A stretch of 64,000 bases of DNA. Origin: Lingula anatina (taxonomy: Eukaryota; Animalia; Brachiopoda). Below, piece after piece: positions 61,201-64,000 of the stretch (positions are counted from its first letter, which is position 1; every line of letters begins with the position of its first letter). The stretch is from NCBI GenBank assembly GCA_051362555.1, contig CM120642.1, positions 19,654,001 to 19,718,000 of the forward strand. Direction: 5' to 3'. A program made the position numbers and the translations under genes. The notes under the pieces are model-generated. The model worked only from the letters and a program-made list of their open reading frames with translations. It did not search any database and had not been told where the DNA came from.

Positions 61201-64000
61201 GACCTACTTTTCACCATGAACTGAACTTTGCAAATTTTGCTTTCCTTTTATCTCCAAAACTGGCAGAGATAGGTCCGTAGTTACTATTGAACTTGAATAG
61301 GAAGTCATATACTGGCAATCTAAATGTGACCTTAAAATTGACCTTTGACCTACTTTTCACCATGAACTGAACTTTGCAAATTTTGCTTTCCTTTTATCTC
61401 CAAAACTGGCTGAGATAGGTCTGTAGTTACTATTGAACTTGAATAGGAAGTCATATACTGGCAATCTAAATGTGACCTTGAAATTGACCTTTGACCTACT
61501 TTTCACCTTGAATTGAACTTTGCAAATTTTGCTTTCCTTTTATCTCCAAAACTGGCAGAGATAGGTCCGTAGTTACTATTGAACTTGAATAGGAAGTCAT
61601 ATACTGGCAATCTAAATGTGACATTAAAATTGACCTTTGACCTACTTTTCACCATAAACTGAACTTTGCAAATTTTGCTTCCCTTTTATCTCCAAAACTG
61701 GCAGAGATAGGTCCATAGTTAGTATTGAATTTGAATAGGAAGTCATATACTGGCAATCTAAATGTGACTTTAAAATTGACCTTTGACCTACTTTTCACCA
61801 TGAACTGAACTTTGCAAATTTTGCTTTCCTTTTATCTCCAAAACTGGCAGAGATAGGTCCGTAGTTACTATTGAACTTGAATAGGAAGTCATATACTGGC
61901 AATCTAAATGTGACCTTAAAATTGACCTTTGACCTACTTTTCACCATAAACTGAACTTTGCAAATTTTGCTTCCCTTTTATCTCCAAAACCGGCAGAGAT
62001 AGGTCCATAGTTACTATTGAACTTGAATAGGAAGTCATATACTGGCAATCTAAATGTGACCTTAAAATTGACCTTTGACCTACTTTTCACCATGAACTGA
62101 ACTTTGCAAATTTTGCTTTCCTTTTATATCCAAAACTGGCAGAGATAGGTCCGTAGTTACTATTGAACTTGAATAGGAAGTCATATACTGGCAATCTAAA
62201 TGTGACCTTGAAATTGACCTTTGACCTACTTTTTATCATGAAGTGAACTCTGCTAATTTCTTTCTCTTTTAACTTCAAACTTGACAGAGATAGGTCCATA
62301 GTTACTCTTGAACTTGAATAGGAAGTCATATACTGTGACCTTGAAATTGACCCTTGACCTATCTTACAAAGAACTTGAATTTGATTGTACCATATATATT
62401 TTTTGCAATAGTTTAAAAATTCTTGTTGATTGCATTTTTACAGCTTGTCAAGCACAAAACTGGTGGCTGTGTCCCTTATTTTGTGTATGTGGGGGTCTAT
62501 ACGAATGCGCTTGCTCCAGCTGGTGGTACAATATTCGGAGGCGGTATCGCCTCTCTGATCCTCTAGTTTTAATTAAAAGATCACGGCTCCATTCGACCAC
62601 ACTCGTGCGGAGGTGTGTCAGAGGTGGAGAGACCATTACAGGATTAAGTGGTCTTCCTTTCATGTAGGGTCCGCCATATTTGAGCCTTGGACCAGTTGAT
62701 ACTCAGATCTTCTATTCTGAATAGCATCTAACAGATCTACAGGTCAAATATGGTCACCCACTAAAAAGCTTTCTGCTTAATATTCAAAAAGACACTAAAT
62801 AGATTCACTGCAGGGATTACACAACAAGCATTCAAGTGGGTTGGTCATATTTGATCTGCGGATCTGTTAGTCGGCTGTTGTGAATGCACTTTAGGGTGTT
62901 ACAGGTAAGGTGTGTTTCCTGAGCACCACTTAAGAGGGGGGGGGGGGGGGAGTAAAGTTACCTTAAACTAGGTTATCCTGGTAAACAGAATTGGAATATT
63001 TTGTCAGGGCTTTTATGGATGTTTTTTGATGCACGTTCGCTGAGAAGATTTGAGTAGGGCTCTTTTGTACTAGTACTGCAGACTCCAAGCAACATGGTTT
63101 TGAAATCTGTTTGGATACTGGTAGTTAAAAACATAAGCTAGAATGTGCCATGTGCCATATTACATTACAGGGTCTAACAAGTCAGCTTAATCTAAGACCC
63201 CATTCCCACAGATTTTAGATCGATCTATCCCTGTGGGGAGTTTCACTAGATTACTGTCAGCTTAGCCGGCTTAAGCGTCTGTCCCGCCAACTATAAGCCG
63301 TAAGGAGGTAATTAACTGTCATGCGCGCTTGGCTGACTGCAATTTAGCGTGAAACCCAAGGGAGTTAGGTCAATCTGGATGGATCGATCTAAATCTCTGG
63401 GAATGCACTCTAAAAACACGTTTTACTGATCACAGGAAATGGGGAACCATCAACATGTATTAAAAATAAAAACTACTGTAAGCTCAGCTAAAAGTTCTGT
63501 ATTAGTGACATTAAATGAAAAAAGCCATTTGTTAGTATGTAGCATGACTAGGTAATGACATTGCTCTAGTTTTATACATATGCTATTACGAATGAGGCTG
63601 CAAAACTAGACATACAGCAAATATTCATTTGTAGTTGCCCTAGTTTATAAGGGTAACATTATGCTGACAAGTTAGCCATTTAGGTTCGTACATGTGCTTA
63701 TAAATTATATATATTCATAATACTTTATTTATAACCATAGGCAATTTCAGATTGTCTTTCCTTTTTTCATTATTTTATAATTGTGGCATGGACAATCTTG
63801 AAACCACTCAGTTATCAAAATTTTAATATTTCCATCTGTAATTTTTTTGTCTTAAACATTTGTTGGTAGTTATTTGTTTCTTAGTTATTTTAAATGTCAG
63901 TAGCAGTTCTTTCTTTTACTTAATGTGCCTTGTTTCCAGGTAGTAGAAGCCCATTTGGTTCTCCTGGTAGATGCTCTAGTAACAGTAGCCCGGTAGTAAA
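46095..64000 (+). CDS. SLAIN: SLAIN motif-containing protein (microtubule plus-end tracking family), 3' end beyond the window
   Basis: Exon 46095-46378 (EVRKLQDLVKKLERQNEVLRSR..EDSW; TG|gtaagt), exon 59394-59539 (WLYTSPKR..SPYKWMRHVFDHPSPEVESARRSL), probable exon 63940->64000 (SSRSPFGSPGR). Matches the SLAIN1/2 N-terminal coiled coil and the WLY-SPK..PSP block. Confidence 0.85.
46596..46803. mobile_element. Diverged, internally deleted third copy of the palindromic Harbinger MITE
   Basis: GACTCAGTTCACATG...CATGTGAACGGGGCC flanked by TAA; shares CTATTTTCTATTCGCG and GCTGCCAGTAATTACGCCGCGGG. Confidence 0.7.
52388..58398 (-). mobile_element. Head-to-tail array of about four HINE/Helentron-like units (1.3-1.7 kb each) with ~133-bp internal subrepeats
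   Basis: Units start at ~52388, 53685, 55302 and 56680 with hairpin ATGTACAGACACA-GA-TGTGTCTGTACAT (complete in the first two, partial or absent in the others) plus a (GTCGCC/GATGCC)n tract. The matching subterminal IR TGTCTGTACATTTGACAGCTTTGCTGCCTTGTTC occurs at ~56541 and ~58365. Confidence 0.75.
58068..58235. mobile_element. ~170-bp CAGGGGCGGAT MITE, copy 3 (nested in the HINE array)
   Basis: Homologous to 36258-36424; flanked by the direct repeat TTATTG. Confidence 0.7.
59686..62534 (-). mobile_element. HINE/Helentron-like element carrying a 146-bp satellite
   Basis: Terminal hairpin TGTACCACCAGCG-TTAG-CGCTGGCGGTACA at 59687, followed by a CCG-rich tract; subterminal IR GCTGGTGGTACA at ~62519-62530. 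Confidence 0.7.
60664..62350. repeat. 146-bp tandem satellite, 11 full copies plus a degenerate partial copy
   Basis: CTCCAAAACTGG (single-base variants in the last two) recurs at 60668, 60814, 60960, 61106, 61252, 61398, 61544, 61690, 61836, 61982 and 62128, an exact 146-bp period. Confidence 0.95.
63196..63410. mobile_element. Harbinger-type MITE with asymmetric termini
   Basis: TAA|GACCCCATTCCCACAGATTTTAGATCGATC ... GATCGATCTAAATCTCTGGGAATGCACTC|TAA. Confidence 0.65.

Noticed and set aside
60664-62350. Regular repeat array as a possible CRISPR array
   Set aside because: Whole 146-bp units repeat with no unique spacers, there are no cas genes, and the context is a eukaryotic intron.

Overview
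AT-rich, intron-rich eukaryotic (invertebrate animal) genomic DNA; the repeat types suggest a mollusc or other lophotrochozoan, but that is an inference. Left third: two convergent paralogous genes for secreted PAN/apple + C-type lectin proteins (+ 1-2108, 5'-truncated; - 18279-21372) bracket a two-exon gene for a ~1150-aa secreted coiled-coil / Thr-rich mucin / olfactomedin protein (- 3495-8879). Middle: a complete ~32-exon ATRX orthologue (- 24906-45420) with a GC-AG intron and a stray partial copy of one of its own helicase exons in a later intron. ATRX sits head-to-head with a SLAIN-family gene (+ 46095 to window end) across a short, motif-dense promoter. SLAIN introns hold nested non-autonomous transposons: a TTAA-flanked piggyBac-like shell around tandem Helentron-like (HINE) units, and a HINE carrying a 146-bp satellite. 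Several MITE families are dispersed through the window. No RNA genes or CRISPR arrays were recognised. All exon structures were assembled by hand from splice sites and reading frames, without transcript evidence.
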